Assembly (NCBI GenBank): GCA_021432655.1
Contig: MU271354.1
Coordinates: 1 to 64,000 of the forward strand
Direction: 5' to 3'
Origin: Atractiella rhizophila
Taxonomy: Eukaryota
DNA: 64,000 nt
In this document: positions 38,263 through 52,688 of the stretch, in pieces
Layout: every line of letters begins with the position of its first letter
Numbering within the stretch: the first letter of the stretch is position 1
The notes under the pieces: model-generated
The model's input: the letters and a program-made list of their open reading frames with translations, nothing else
What the model was told of the DNA's origin: nothing
Database searches by the model: none
Program-made: the position numbers and the translations under genes

Positions 38263-39415
38263 TTACAGCCTCGCCTTCTTGCCTTTGGACTCTTCCACCT
38301 TCTCGTCCCTTCTCCTTTGAGCCATTTTAATGAGAGCATACAGAGTCTGCAAGCGAGGCATCTGAACGCCTTTCTCTCTCGCCAGCCTATCCATACATGT
38401 ATGCCACGCATCATCAGCATTCTGATATCCTGAATAAAAGAAAGTCAAGGAAAAGCCCACCGAATCGGATTGCCTAAAATGACCTCGAGCTCCATAGCGG
38501 CACCCCTCTCCCAATCTCCCCACATGCTAGGCATTCCGCCTTCATTCCTCTCGCTGCTCCTCAGAATCCTTTCCGCGTTAGCATATTTTTCAAAGTCCAT
38601 TTTCTTCCCCGTCACTTTCTCCGCAGCATAGAATATCTCCTCCATCACTCCTTTGAGGTGTTCACGAAGCTCTGGATCCTTCGACATCCGTGCGTTGGGG
38701 GTGCCGTTCGAGAGTACGGAGGATGGATTCATGCTCGAATTGATGGCGAGCTTGTGCCACCGAAGTAACTGAAAATCCGCCTCAGATTCGTACACCTCGG
38801 CGTCCTTGATTCCTCCCGTCTTCAACAGTGCCTCCAGGGTCCGAATAGACGAGACAGTGTTTCTATCGCCTCCGTATGGACCAAGAGATATGCGCGTCCA
38901 CCGATTCTGTACGATCCTACCGTGAGATGGCTGGGAGGCAGAAACTACTGTCACTGCTGAGATGATTGGGTTGCGCGGGAACCTCTTCCTATATGGTTCC
39001 TCGATGCCAATTCCGTTCTGAATGAGCACGATGGCCGTCTTCTCGCCTACCAACGGCTCGATAGCTTCTGACCCGTCCTCGACGTCAGGAAGGGCTTTGG
39101 AGGTGACCAGGAGGTAATCCCACTCTTTCCCCCCTCTGGCCGTTGAAGCATCTTCGATAGAGGGATAAATGGAGGCGGGAGAGAAGTGGTATGATCCAAA
39201 CGAATGTGTCTGCAGCGTCAATCCATTCGCCTCCTTTACGGCACGATAGTTGGACCTGCAGACGAGCGAGACTGACGAGGACGGCGGATGCTGGAGTCGC
39301 GAACCATAGAAACCACCGACAGCTCCAGTGCCGACTGTTTTGAAGAACAATGGGGATCACGAGTGAGGAAGAGAGAAGGAGATGGAGACGAGCCTACGAG
39401 GATGCTCAGCGTCAT
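38263..39415 (-). CDS. Ketopantoate reductase (ApbA/PanE) family oxidoreductase
   Basis: MTLSILV/VGTGAVGGFYGSRL (GxGxxG), IVLIQNGIG, RWHKLAINSSMNP, PSMWGDWERGAAMELEVILGNPIR. Ends KKARL*. Confidence 0.9.
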
Positions 39416-40127
39416 TTGTGACTGTTCACTCGAGTTGAGCAGTACGGCTATGTTACACAGCGATGTTATTGCTGGCTTTTTAGAATGAGAATGCCAGAAT
39501 TTATAGAAGTGAAGTTGCCCCGTTCAGCGGAATGACGCGATAACTTGAACCGCTTCTCCGCCCGTCGAGCATGAGCATTTACGGGATAATTGGGGAAGGA
39601 GTTAGTTTTATAACTATGATATTGTTGTATTCTCTTTCAATCTTGCAAGCTTCAAATTGTGGCCCGCATGAAAGGAATTCTCTTTCCAGCAGAAAGATAG
39701 ACTTTCACACTTTTTTTCCCAATGATCTTGTTGCTGCACATTTGAGTTCTGATATGCAATTCATGATGCGAAGATAAATGAAGGGGCGTCGCGCACATTT
39801 TGTGCATGCAGCAGTGTCCAGACTTGTAGTACATCGAATATTTCACCCCTGAGGAATAGAGGGAAGTGTTCCTGTCTCTATCATACCGAACCTTTTGGGC
39901 CCTAAGGTTTAAGTTTAGTCTCTCATCTTCACCAACCTCAGCCTCTTTGATTATACGTGGAGTCAGTCTTGATAGACTGCCAGAGTCAACTCTCCCTTCG
40001 TCGTATCAATTGAAGACTGTTGTTTCATGGTGGAGTCAGCCTTTTCTCTGGTAAAACCTGAAGTGGACTCAGTGAGAGAATAGAATACAATACATAAGCA
40101 TTCGATTGAGCAGCTATTGAGCAGCTA

Positions 40128-43100
40128 TTAAATAAAAAGTTGAAGTATATCTCGCTCATAGTAATTTCGCTCGTCCGAAAGTTGCAGAGAAGGATAGAAG
40201 GCGACAAGCGCATCCTGAGATCCCAGATACAGCGAGTTGTAAATCCTGTTACATTCTGTTGTCAAGACTTGAAATAGTTAAAGCAGGAAAGGAACGGACC
40301 TCCAATATGTTTCGCGCACTCGGCGAGCAGGATGGAAGAGACCTTGGAGGACATAAGAAAGGACTATCCCAGGTCCCAACGCCACACGCATTCCCTCAAT
40401 CGCATCAAAGACGTTTCCAACCACATGTGGTGACTAAGAAGAGGTTAGAGCTTGCGACTGGTCAGCAGAACTGCAAATACTCACAGTTTCGAAGACATTC
40501 TATACCCGCACACAAATGGATATGAGTTTATAGATTCGGCATGCAGGAAAGACAAAGGACATACCGGCCAAGTGAGGTTCATAAGATGCATCAATGCATC
40601 CTCTGTACCCAAACCGGCAGTTCCAAGAGCCAGATGTTTAACGATAGCGGCCGCTGTTTGTCGATGAACAAGGTCTCGATCCGTAAGGGCATCCTCAAGA
40701 CAAGTGACGACGCTGTGGATGTAATCTTTTCCCATCTCGCCGATATACTCGAATAGGAAGGACATTGCCTTCAAACAACCATTTCGAACATTGAGCTCGG
40801 GGGTTCGATACTCGTTCAAGATGGCAGGAATGCAGGTGAAAGGTCCACACGTTTCGGCAACAATCGCTAACACGGGCGACAGGATTCAGAGCAGTCTTAC
40901 AGATGAAGGAAAGGGAAACACACCAATAGCGACAGTACTGCAAACACGACTTTGCCGCTCCTGAACTCGTAAGTTGGTCAACAGGACGCTGAGAACATCT
41001 TGAGGTCCAATGGCTTTAGCAATGTAACCGAAGGAGTTGACAGCTGCTCGTCGTATAGCTTTCTTGTGTGCTTTGAGTAAATCTAGGAGCTCAAAACATA
41101 TTCGCATCCATTCCCTGGCGGAAACAAACTCCGCGCCACGATCAGCTAAAATTATTGAGTAAGCGCAGGTTAGGATTGAAGTGCGAAATGACAGACCTAT
41201 GCGCCCAATCAAATTGATGCAGGCCTCTTGCACCTTCTCATGTCGATTCCTCAAGATCGGAGTCATTCGAGGAACTGTCAGAAAATGAGCTTGTGATCTC
41301 ACGTTGTAATGAAATTCAACGTACGCAGATCTTTCACAGGGGGACTCATCTGGGTCATGCCCACTACGTTGGCGATGGCGGCCTCAGCAGCAATGATACT
41401 AAGAGCAGTTATCATGATGGGATCCGAGAATGGATAGGCGGAACTCTCACCTTCCCAAGGTGTCTGGATACTCTTCACCCAACTGTTCAAAAAGAACGAC
41501 TCCAAGCTTCGCAAGCGGACCATCTTCCCCACACTGCTTGATTACGACAGCAAGCTTGCTAACCAAGTCTGCAGCCTGTTGCCGAACCTTTGCACTTTTG
41601 TTATTTAGGCGCCAGAGGATGGTAGAAACAATCTGAGTGAGATAGGGCTTGATACGAAGGCCTGTTCGACAGATTAGCTTCAGGTTGTGAAAACAATGTG
41701 GACGAACCCAAGGCATTAACGACGGTCCCGAATCCATCCAACATGACCTGGTCTTCCACAGTCTGTTCTTGAAATGCGTGCAGGATACCATCCACAAGTT
41801 GTACTTCCAACCGTTCGTCGATATCGGAGGCTCCGAGGGACGTGATGACTTTCTGGATTGTCTCCATGACCATCTTCCTAAAAGGTTCACTCTCATCCTT
41901 CAAATCGACCACCACCCTTCCAACAATCTCTGCCACTCCTGCCTTCTGAGCGAGCTCCACCGTCGTTTCAACAACCTGGCGGTAATTCCTCCGGTCAAGA
42001 GCCATTCGTCGTATAAAGAAATGCCTGAAGAATTCGGGTAGGATTTTCTCCTTGACGTACGACGGTTGAACTCCCTCTGTACTCGCACATTGCTGAACCA
42101 CCTTCAGAACAATCTTTTTCATCTCCTCATCTGGAGTCTGAAACTCTCGGATCAGAATCTCCATCACCTCCTTCGTGTAATAATGCGAAAACTCGGCGTC
42201 CATAAGCGGGATGATGAACCCGATGGCCTTGAGGAAGGCAGCGAGACCCTTTCCCCGGTGCTTCCTGATACCGACCCAAAGAGGCTTGAGGACGCTGTCA
42301 AAACTTTCGATACCATATGGAGCTGCAGCTTCAGCCAAAGCAGCCAGACAAAGGGCAGTCATTGTTCGGACTTTTTGCTGCTCGTCCTCGAGACCATGTG
42401 CCACAGCTTCAACGAGATTCTTGAGGTGAGGAAGAACGGCGCAACCCATCATGATAGCAATCTGTTGCACAATCTTGATACCTGTATGCCGAGCTTGCCA
42501 GGACTTTTTCGACTTGCAAACCGCTTTCAGGAATGGTAGGAGGGATGGGATACCCAGGGCTGACGCAACCACCGAAAAGGCACGAGCAGTCGTGTTTCGT
42601 ACATATTCGTCAACATGATCAATATCGGGTCGCATCGTCGAGATCATGTGCGCTAGACCGGCAGCCTTTGAAAGGTTGGAAATGATTTCACGACCTTCCA
42701 CTCTGGCGTAGTAGTCTTCATCGATGAGAAGAGGCTCCATGACGACTAATATCTTGTGAACATAGGGACGGACGAGGTCGTCAAGCTTGTAGAGAACACG
42801 ATCAATGACCTTGACAAGGAGGTGTCGTTCTTGATCTTCCAGACTTCTTTCCATAAGCAGGGGGAGAATTTTGTCAAAAAGTGGACCAGCTCCGAACTCT
42901 CTAGCCTTGTCGGTGATCTGTCGAAGAGCCGTTTTCCTCATAGGCGGCGTTCCATTTTTTATTTTCAACAACAGACGCATGATTTTTCGTTCTTTCATCT
43001 CCTCAACCGTCAATCCGCTGTCGTCCTGGTCCCCGAGAATCTTGCTGAAGTAAGTCGCATCCTCAGGCTTGAAGAAAGCGAGCTGCCCAACTCCTTCAAT

Positions 43101-44223
43101 TTCTGATGGAAGATCAGGAGTGAGACCTGAAAGCATTCCGGTGGCCGAATCATCAGGCATGAGAAAGCCTTGTCCTTCAATAGCAGGTGCAGACTGGAGC
43201 TTTCTCGAGGGGGTTCGAATAGCAGCATAGCCAGGAGGAGGTTCAACGATCTCGTAGCCTTCGGCAGGGAGCATCTGGTTGAGCTCCTCGTCGGAAAGAT
43301 AGCGGTTTCGTTTGTCAAGGTCAGTAGGGATCGCAAGACTGCCGTCTGGCATAATTATCCCTCCTCCAAACATGAGTGGTTGAGGAGTGAGACTAGCGCC
43401 ACTGATCGGCGCGACAGGAGTCTGATCCCATCGACTCCTTTTCGGCGTAGCTTCCACCGAACTCTCTCCACTGAGGGCAGGCGTCTCGTCCCATCGACTC
43501 CGCTTCTTTTTTGGCTTCTGCTCCCCCTGGTCATCCCAAGCCGAAGTTTCGTTTCGATTGGTGACATCCATCATGGCAGTATCCGAACTTTGATCCCACC
43601 TAGAGCGCTTTGGAGTCGCATCCGGAGCTTCAAGCGCCATAGCGCTCTCCTTCCCCTCTCGCATGAGCTCCTCAATCTTGTCCTTCACCCGCTTTTCCTC
43701 CCGCTCCAAGTTTTGGCGCCGCATCCTCTCAGCATAAGACGAACCATCTTCCTCCGCGCCATCCCCAGTAAAGGCATCCTTCTGGACCAATCCTTCATCA
43801 CGGTCAAAGCGGCGGAGTTGATACTCGGATTGACGCGAGGCAACTTGCTTCTTCTTCGCCGTTGCGGCAAAGGGGTCTTCCGCATCCTCATCCGCGAATT
43901 CGTTAAGTAAATGCTTCGGAGCGGTAACTAGTCGTCAGAACAATAAGCACTCATAACCCAAATCTTGACCAGAAGAACAAAGACGCAAACTCACAAGAAT
44001 CTAGAAGTCTCTGAGGCTGCTCGTCTTCATCCATAGCATCTTCGTCTCTTTCCGCAGGACGAGCAGCAATGGAGGTGTCGTACCTATCGAACCTCGACTT
44101 CTTCTTGCTTGCATCCACTGAGTCAGCACTCGCTGCTGTCCCAACAGTCTTCGCAAGTGCAGACGCCTTCCTAGCCCTTTGCTGTGCCTCAATCTCAGAT
44201 TCTATGCCCTCCATCGGCTCCAT
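40128..44223 (-). CDS. SF3B1: U2 snRNP splicing factor 3B subunit 1 (Hsh155/Prp10)
   Basis: RSRWD repeats, [69 protein letters not shown]. Confidence 0.97.
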
Positions 44224-44506
44224 AACTATCCCACGTATCGTCGTTTTTGCCACTCGGGTTGAACGTTGACTAAACTCACGGCCCTGGTTATGTTCTAGTC
44301 TTGAGTTTCTCGTGCCCGCCTTTGCTTGCCTTCATGCCGTTATGTATGCCTTGCCTCTTCGCTCTGTCGCTAGTTGGATTTCGACTTGGCCGGCTATTTT
44401 TGTTGTGTCGTGGCCTTCAAATCCACGGCAAGGACGCGTTGTGATGACTCCATCGATGACATAAAGGCGGAAGACTCGGAAGAGGCACCAGCTCACTGAA
44501 ACGACG

Positions 44507-46525
44507 ATGTCTCAAGCTCAAGCAGAGGTTCAGAAAGACGAACAGCTTGACGATGTGAAAGGAGAGGCTGCGCCGAGCTCTCCTAAAATCCCAGAAAAGC
44601 AGGAGAGACCATACTCTGTTTACAACCATCGAGAGAAGACACTCCTAGTTGCCCTGGCTTCATTCGGCGCATTTTTTTCGCCTCTTACTGCCAACATTTA
44701 CTTTCCAGCAATCCCGAATATCGCCAATGCACTCCATAAGACTATCCAAGATATCAATCTTACGGTAACCATTTACCAAGTTGGTCAAGGAGTTGCACCT
44801 ATGTTCTGGGGTACAATCTCTGTTCGTCCACTTTCCCTCTGGTTTCTCGCATTCTCAGCTGAGTGCTCCATAGGATACCTCCGGAAGACGACTGATGTTC
44901 ATTGCCAACCTTATTGTGCTCATGCTTGCATGTATTGGCCTCGCCTTGACCCCAACCAGCGATTACTGGCTCTTGCTCGTCCTTCGTCTCTTGCAAGCCT
45001 TCGGCTCAGGTGTGCTCTCTCTTCCCCATAACGTATATGGACATACTTATTTTGTCCTTCTACAGCTAGCACAGTTGCCTTGTCCAGCGGCGTAGTCAGC
45101 GATGTAACGGAGCCTCATGAGCGGGGAGGCTTTGTGGGCCTTTCGACTCTAGGGCCAATGGCTGGACCAGCGATCGGGCCTGTCATTTCTGGCCTTCTAA
45201 CGGAGAATCTGGGCTGGCGGTGCGTCCTTTGACATACAATCAACCCAGGCTCATTTAGGGGAATGCACAGGTCGATTTTTTGGTTTCTGTGCATATTTAC
45301 TGGCGCAGGGATCCTCATCCTCGTTTTGTTCCTGCCCGAAACTCTGAGGGCCATGGTTGACGATGGGAGCGTCCCGCCGCCTCGTTTACATCGTCCTCTC
45401 ATTCCAGTACTGCTGAAGAGCGACTCAACCAGACAACACGATCGCCCCCCTCCTCCGAAACACAAGACAAATCCTTTCAGGGCTTTTACGCTTTTTAAAT
45501 ACCCAGACTGCGTGCTCACTCTAATATGTTGTGGGGTCCGTGGCCTCGTTAAGGGAAGCATTTGTGTACTGACATGCAAGACAGGTGGTGACTGGGGCTA
45601 TGTATTGATTTGGCGCTGGATTTATCACAACTGTTACTCATTTACTTCCTCAGGTACTCTATCTTAGCCACCATATCGCCGCTGTTTGAGGATGCATATC
45701 CCTACCTCAACAGTGAGTTTTCTCCTGAGCTTCGTGTTATCATGTCCATACTCTTCCTGCATTTAGCAACAACGATTGGACTATGCTTCCTTTCCATTGG
45801 GACTGGCCAAATCTTGGGGAGTCTCTACACCGGTTTGTTACCCATCGCTCACCTCTCCCATGGTCGCTGATGTTGGGGGCAGGAAAGCTGGCAGATCGCT
45901 CGTTTCAATCAGTAAAAGCGGACTTCATAAAGCGTCAAGAACAGGATGGCGAGAATCCCGTGAACATGGATGACTTCCCCCTTGAATACGCCAGATTCAA
46001 GATGATGCCCTACTACCTAATAATTTATACCGGTGTAATGTTGGGTTACGGTTGGTGCATCGAGAAGAGAGTTCATCTGTCCGTAACGTTGATCTTACAT
46101 TTCATCTGTAAGTTATTTCCTAACAAGGCTGTAGCTTTGAAAGTTGAATATGGGATGTAGTTGGCTTTGTCACGATTGGAATGTTCAACGCACTCACGAT
46201 AATCAATCTGGATGCTCTGCCCGGTTTTGGCTCCTCTATTACAGCATGTGAGCAAAAGACCCCGAGAAGTTCTCTGTGCATATTTCCATGCTGACGGGCC
46301 GCCTGTCAAACAGGCAATAACCTCGTTCGTTGTGCATTCTCGGCAGGAACTGTAGCATTCGTCGACCCTCTTACAACCGCTCTCAAACCTGGAAAAGCGT
46401 ACACAGTGCTCGCGGGCATCTCCATCGTTCTCATCGTGCCTTGCTGCCTAATCATCATTGGAATAGGGGGCAAGTGGCGGAAGAGGCGAAGAGACAGAGA
46501 TGGAATTGTCGCACGTATCCGTTGA
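44507..46525 (+). CDS. Major facilitator superfamily transporter (DHA1/QDR-like)
   Basis: FSPLTANIYFPAIP, INLTVTIYQVGQGVAPMFWG, LRLLQAFGS, HERGGFVG, GPAIGPVISG, FLPETLR, DFPLEYAR, NLVRCAF. Confidence 0.9.
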
Positions 46526-47311
46526 GTGAGGAGAAACGAGATTCTGGGACCTCGTCAATGCTAGGTTCGGGATAGAGATATAGTGCCTGTTGGACTGGAA
46601 TATCAGGTTCCTTCTCAGCAGGCAGCATCTGTCGGTAAAACTAGCTGCTCAGACGCTGAACAACTAACTTCCAAATCATTTTAATTTAGATACTTTCATG
46701 CAATCCAATTGCTAACGTACTCCCAATCCATGTGAGCACACACAGCCGGCTCGTTTGGATGGCAAAGGACTGCGCGCGATATTGTAATGTTGATGCAGGA
46801 CTGTTTTAGTAATTTCACAATGAGCACGACCAACCTTTAGAGAACAGGTAGTATGACTAGCATAAGAAGCGACAATAAACAAAAACCAATGCTTTGGTCG
46901 CAGAGGAGAAATGAGGATGATAAGGAGTTATTTTAAAGGATTGATAGTACCTGATGGTTGTTCAGTCGATTGAAACCGAAAACTCTGACGACAGGGTATG
47001 GGAGGCAACGATTGAAAGGAATTGTTATAAGCTAAAAACTACAAGGTTTTAATAGGATACAATCCACAAACAGAAGACCTCTACGACTGGAGGGTATACC
47101 AAAAGGCAAAGCGAACGCGCTCAAGACGAGACCACTAGTGACAGGAAAGATGAAACAAGACTCCTTAGAAAGCCTAGCAAGGAAACGACAACGAAAGTGA
47201 TGGTCAACGAAGTGCGTCAACAAGTACTATATGGCGTAGAAGGGCTAAATGATCTTTAAAACAATCAAGAAAGTTGAACTTTTGATCCTTTTTACTTAAA
47301 CCCATGTATAA

Positions 47312-50300
47312 TTATACCAATACGCCGCGAGAACCCGAAGGAGCACTCTGAGATTGTTGCTGCAGAGGGAGCTGCAGCGGTAGGGAGGGAATTTGGGGTA
47401 CTGAAGCGATCTCAACAACGCTGTTTGACAGCGTCCCATCAGGGTTCATCGACCATCCTCGGGATTGTAATATCTGAACACATTGTTGACCATTCTCAGA
47501 TTTATCTGCGATGCAACAGAGTCAGCAAGGAAGCAGAAGAATAGAAAGTGCCATACGATGTCGCTGAAGAGCATCCAACCGAACGAAAGCAGTTTGACAA
47601 ACGTCACACTTGTACTTCTTCTCCCCTGTGTGCAACAACTGATGTCTCTTGCGATCGTGAGCTCTTGCAAAAGCCTTCTCGCAACCCGGGAACTCGCAAA
47701 CGAATGGTCTTTCGTTTTTGTGCGCACGGATGTGGCCTGTTCAATCGTTCACCTCACTTTGGTCAGGGAACGAGGAAAAGCAGACATACCTTTGAGGTTG
47801 TAATGCCGAGTAAATGTCTCGCCACAATACTCGCACTTGAACCTCGCTGTCGTTCCTGGTTTCCTCCTATCCATGGCTGCCTTCTTCGTTGCCGCCGTTG
47901 TCTTGCTGATAGGGTCCACAAACCCATCCCCCGTCCGAATCAAAGCGCTGTTTGCACTTCCTGGACTGCTACCACGAGACGAGCTTGTTCCTGGACGTCC
48001 AACTCCAAACGGAGGAGAATGACCAGAGGAGCCAATGGAGGTCGGCGACGAGTGAGGGGATGTGTTGTTAAAGCTCCCGTCCATAACTGGTCCGACTCCA
48101 AACAAGGGAAATTGCCCCTGAAACTGGGCAGGAAATCCAGCACCGAATGCCGCCATATCACCTCCTAGCCCATTGAAGCCGTTGGGAACACCGGTGAATC
48201 CAGGATTCATTCCTAGTTCGATCGTCCTCCTCATCCCTGGCGGTGCAAGAAAACCACCAGCAGTCGTAGGCTGTCCCATCAACCCGTATCCAAGTCCACC
48301 AAGACCCAAATCTGACCTCGTCCTCGCATGCCTCCTTGCAGCATCTGCATGGCCTGTAGAACGGCTGCGACGAATCGAGGTGGAACCTCCGGATGGCGCA
48401 AACTCATCCGCTTCAGCGGTAGGAAGGAAGGTATCGTAGGGACTTGCTCGACGAGAGGCAGTCGGATTGCTTTTCCTTCTGTGCAGAGACGACGGAACGC
48501 TGCTCTCCAGCTCACCCTCGGAGTGATCCGTGAGCGCTGAATCCAGTCCTCCCACGTTCAAAAACTGGTTCCTCGCAGCCAAAGCATCCATCTGACCAAA
48601 TAGATTTCCGTTCGCCGTGCCATCGAGTCCAGCGTACGCCAATATATCTCTTGGGTTAATAGCCGGCATCATTGGGTTAACAAGTCCACCACCGAAGAGC
48701 CCAGTGGCAGGATCAAAACCGTAGCCAGCCGCCAGAAGAGCAGCATTGTTTGGCGCAATGGGGATCCCCATATCGGGGTTGTTGTACCAAAGATCAGGAC
48801 GAGGCATGGGTAGAGCGGTTTCAGATTTGGATCGTTGACGTTTTGTGTTGTCGTTCAGGAAGTTGGCAGCGAGGGAGTTCCGCACGTCTTGTTCGGAAGG
48901 GCCGCCCTGAGAAGTGGGAAAGAAAGTATTTGGACCTCCGGGGGACGAAGCTTCTCCTTCGAACTATTTGTATGAACCGAGATGAGTAAACCGAAGCCGG
49001 TCAATGTCAACGTCATCGTCAGTCCTCATATCAGATGAAAGGGGATCATACGCACAGCCTGTGGATCCGGCACCAAACCTGCAAGCATCCTCTCCATCTC
49101 CAGCGTTCCCTTCCCTTTAGGCCGTCTCTCTCCCTTTATTGGATCCCCTCTCATTCCTGGAGGGAACCCTTCGATCTCTTCCTCCTTGGGCTTGGCGGTC
49201 AACGGAGACGGACTCGTGAGTTGGATCTCCGGACTGCTGCTGTTCGGGATCGAAAGTGTAAGCGGTGGCGAAGTCTGGTTCGATGGATGGGAGGGAAAGA
49301 CCGGTAGATTGCCAGAGGAAGTCAGGCTCATATGAGATTCGAAGTCCATAGCAATATCGAGCTCAGGAATTCCGTCTGTCCCAGAGAAAGAGAGGAGTGG
49401 AGAGTTGTGAGTGGATGCGAGGAATGGAGTACCAGGGTGCGAAGAGGGATTAGAGATTGCAGAAGATATAGGAGACGATGAGAGGATTGCGTCAAGCTCA
49501 GAGTTCTGCTGGTTAATCGCTGAAAAAATCTGCTGAGGCGTCGAGGCGGAGGCAGCAGAGGTCGTCGGGTTGATAGAGGTGTAAGAGTCTTCAGCAGAAG
49601 GATCGTAGAAGTTCAATGAGCCTTGTCTCCTGTTGTTGCTGTTTCCAAACCCAAGGTTCAACTCGTTCTGGGCGTAGGCGCTGGGGTATGAGAGAGAATT
49701 CGAGCCGTTGAGAAATTCAAGTTCGTCTCCTCCAGAAGCTGATCTGGAATGCAGTTGTTGACGAAGCTGCCTCTGCCTCGCGGCTTCCTTGTTGGTCAAC
49801 TGGGTGATGAGAGCTGTGGTGAAAGGGTTAGAGAGAGGGTCGGAGAGGTCAAATTGCTGTTGTTGAAGCTGTGCGGCGGTAGGTAAAGAGGCGTTAATGG
49901 AGTTCGACCTGGAATGATGAGCTGAAGTCGGTCTGGAATGGTGTGCAGCAGGAGAGGGAGCTGAGTTACGAGGGGAGGAAGAAAGGATATCGCCACCGTT
50001 CTGGTAATTGGGAGAGCCGATATTGACCAAGTTTTCAATGCTGAGGTGAGGGCTATGACCTGGGGAAGTCCCAAGCGAGTTGGAGGGATATCGTGGTCCA
50101 CGGAGGTTTGCGTTTGAGGGGGAAGGTATACCGATTGGGATGGAGGCTGAGTTGAGAGAGGAAGAAGAGGGAGAGCGTAATAAGGAGCCAGTAACGTTAG
50201 AAGGTGATGAGCCAAAGTATGCTGTGTTGGTGTTCACTTCAGGCGATGTCGTTGGAGACAAAGATGCTGTGCCCATCAGTTGTCAGACCTGATTTCTTCG

Positions 50301-50533
50301 AGCCCAGCCTTTCTATCCTCTCCCCACAGCTTCTACAATGCAGCTCTAGTTGGAACAAGATGACAAGATAGCACGATGGGTTCTCGTTCCACGCCGATGC
50401 CGATAGACAACCCCAATGTCTGGAACACACAGCGAGGAGACTCACAAAGGCTATTTGCTTGACCTGCGTTAATAACTTTTGCCAACTGCTGCTTCTGACC
50501 CTCTGTGAGGCTGTTGAGAGCAGCGATATCCAT
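47312..50533 (-). CDS. C2H2 zinc-finger transcription factor, CRZ1/Sp1-like
   Basis: C-terminal fingers FKCEYCGETFTRHYNLKGHIRAH, FVCEFPGCEKAFARAHDRKRHQLLH, YKCDVCQTAFVRLDALQRH. Long Ser/Pro-rich N-terminus with PEIQLT. Confidence 0.85.
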
Positions 50534-51856
50534 CTATCGAAAACGTTATCCGCTGAGCTGAGACGTTCCGTTGTGAGTCGACCGCGGAGTGGCTGTTTGG
50601 TGGCTGTGCAAGAACAATCTTGAATTATCCCAAGATCTTGTGATTTATCAGCAAGTGCTGCTCAAAAGAAATTGGACTGGATTTTGAGCTGACTGAGCTG
50701 TAGTGGGAGTGGGTCAAAAGAAGGGCGAGGGACTTTAAAAAGCGAGACTGGTGCCGTTAGGTCCGAGAGTGTATTTCCAGTATGCGACGATCTCACTTGA
50801 AAGCTTGGTGCGCTTGATTGCTTTGCAGGAGTTCCACATAGGCAGAAAGTCCTGTTAAACCTCGGAGTAGCACCTGCGAGTGTTGTACCAGCTTTCAGGC
50901 TGCTCAAAGAGTAAATCTCAAAAGCAATTAGCCCAAAATCAGATGGAATCCTTGTTGTCCCTCGTACCACCTCTGTTCCGTTCCGCCGCGATCATTGTGG
51001 TCCGCAGCAGGAGGGCAAGAAGTCAGGATTTGGAGAAATAGCGGCTTGCTGATCCATCAAAAGAGAGCACCATGGCTGATGGAATGTTAGCCGGGCGTTT
51101 CACTACGTGATTAGACGTCTTTGGACGCCTGGCCAAGAAACTGATGCTCATTATTTAGATAGAGTACCAGCCAAACTCCCGCTCTAGGCTGTCTTTACAA
51201 GCTGATCGTCGCTGACCAACTCGGTGAAGACCTCGCACAGGAGCTCTGCTTTATGTTGAGCACATAATTATGCCTCCGCAGTTCAGAATCTGATTTCATT
51301 ATCATTTGTTTGTAACTTGTCGTTTTCATTCAACTTGCAGCGTAAAGTGCTGACTGGTCTCCATGTCGAAGACAGCACCTATCCAATGATTCTATTGCGA
51401 AAGGCAAACGAGTTCTTTCATTGAAAGAGCGCGAGACTATGGTGCATATTACTAGCACGTGAGTTTCGCCGAACTACTGCGATAATTGGACTGGCGTACG
51501 TGTTCCTCGATCAAAATATTGTTCTCACAAAGCGTTCCGTGGCTGCCACCGATGTGAGTAATCAGTAGACGGATAGACCGAGCAGGAGTAGGTTAGGAGG
51601 TCAAGACCAAGTTTTATCATGGTCGCTTAATGCCTTCGACTAGACCTTGGCCCCTTGCAATCGTGAAGGCCAGTTACAAGCTCCAAGCAGCGTCAAAGCA
51701 AGTCAAAGCGTCAATGAGACAAAAAAAACCCCAGAAAAAAACTCAAATGTAAAATGGAGATGGCAGTTTCAATTTGACACAATATGAACTAGCACTTCCA
51801 TATGTACATACAGCATCGCATAGAATTACATCTGTCTTAATGTTGCCGCCAAGTCA

Positions 51857-52688
51857 CTACCTCTGATACATGCATCCATCTGAGAATTCAAAGCTGGGTC
51901 CCGTAGGTTCTGTTCCTCTTTGCCAGGAGAGCGAAAAGGGCCCTGTGTATCTTGTCAAAGTTGACGGGTTGTGCAATGAAGAAGCATACATGCTGGTCAC
52001 AAAAAACCATGCGAACCACGAAAGAATTACAGTGTCCACGACAAGAGGAAAGTCCTTGTAAGCAGTCTTGACGTCTGCAGCCTCAAGTATCTGGTCAATG
52101 AACCACTGTGTCACGTCATCATCTGCGAGTACTCGAGCCGAGCGGTTCGCAACGATAACCTGGCGGTGAAGGGTTAGTATGGGTGATTGCGATGTAAACG
52201 GGGAAGGCAACGCACTGTGTTCGAGACAACAGCCGCCAGGAAGAATATTGGCCATATCACATGCGCGGAAGAGCGGAGGCCAGAACCACACCTCCTTAGT
52301 GACGACTTATGTGAGTTAACTCCTGAAAACGAGTACCAAACGAGAAGAATCAGCTCCAGTACCTGTGCCAAAAGACCATGAGTAAGCTGAATGTACTCAT
52401 CAAGGACAGAGAAGTTACCGCCAAAGCAACGGCTACCCCAGCTCCAACCACGATGAGCGCCATGGTAGCAGTTATGTCTCCAGCCGCAATACGTAAAGAC
52501 GGAATGAAGCGTCTCGCTTTATCAACTTTCTTTTCTTGCTCGTTAAAATCATCGTAAGATTTGGAAACCAGAACGAATATTGGGATTGCGAAGGCGATGA
52601 CCAAAAGGGCAGATGCCAGGAGGTAAAGGCCAACACTTTTTCTATTCGGCTGAGGGTGGCTAGGAGAAGAGGAGGTTCCTTGCACCAT
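51857..52688 (-). CDS. Hypothetical multi-pass membrane protein; 3' end approximate
   Basis: ATG ORF with several hydrophobic helices continuing across GT-AG introns. No family recognised. Confidence 0.55.

Noticed and set aside
40105..40129. Direct repeat attgagcagct x2 by the SF3B1 stop
   Set aside because: Simple two-copy local duplication with no spacers; not CRISPR-like.
42340..42610. SF3B1 branch-point-fidelity hotspot residues, checked as an explanation for degenerate introns
   Set aside because: Motifs [15 protein letters not shown] and DEQQKVRT appear canonical.
44334..44463. Possible uORFs upstream of the MFS transporter (HOL1-like polyamine uORF considered)
   Set aside because: No PS-stop ending, the transporter looks QDR-like, and the ATGs may lie upstream of the TSS in a short divergent promoter.
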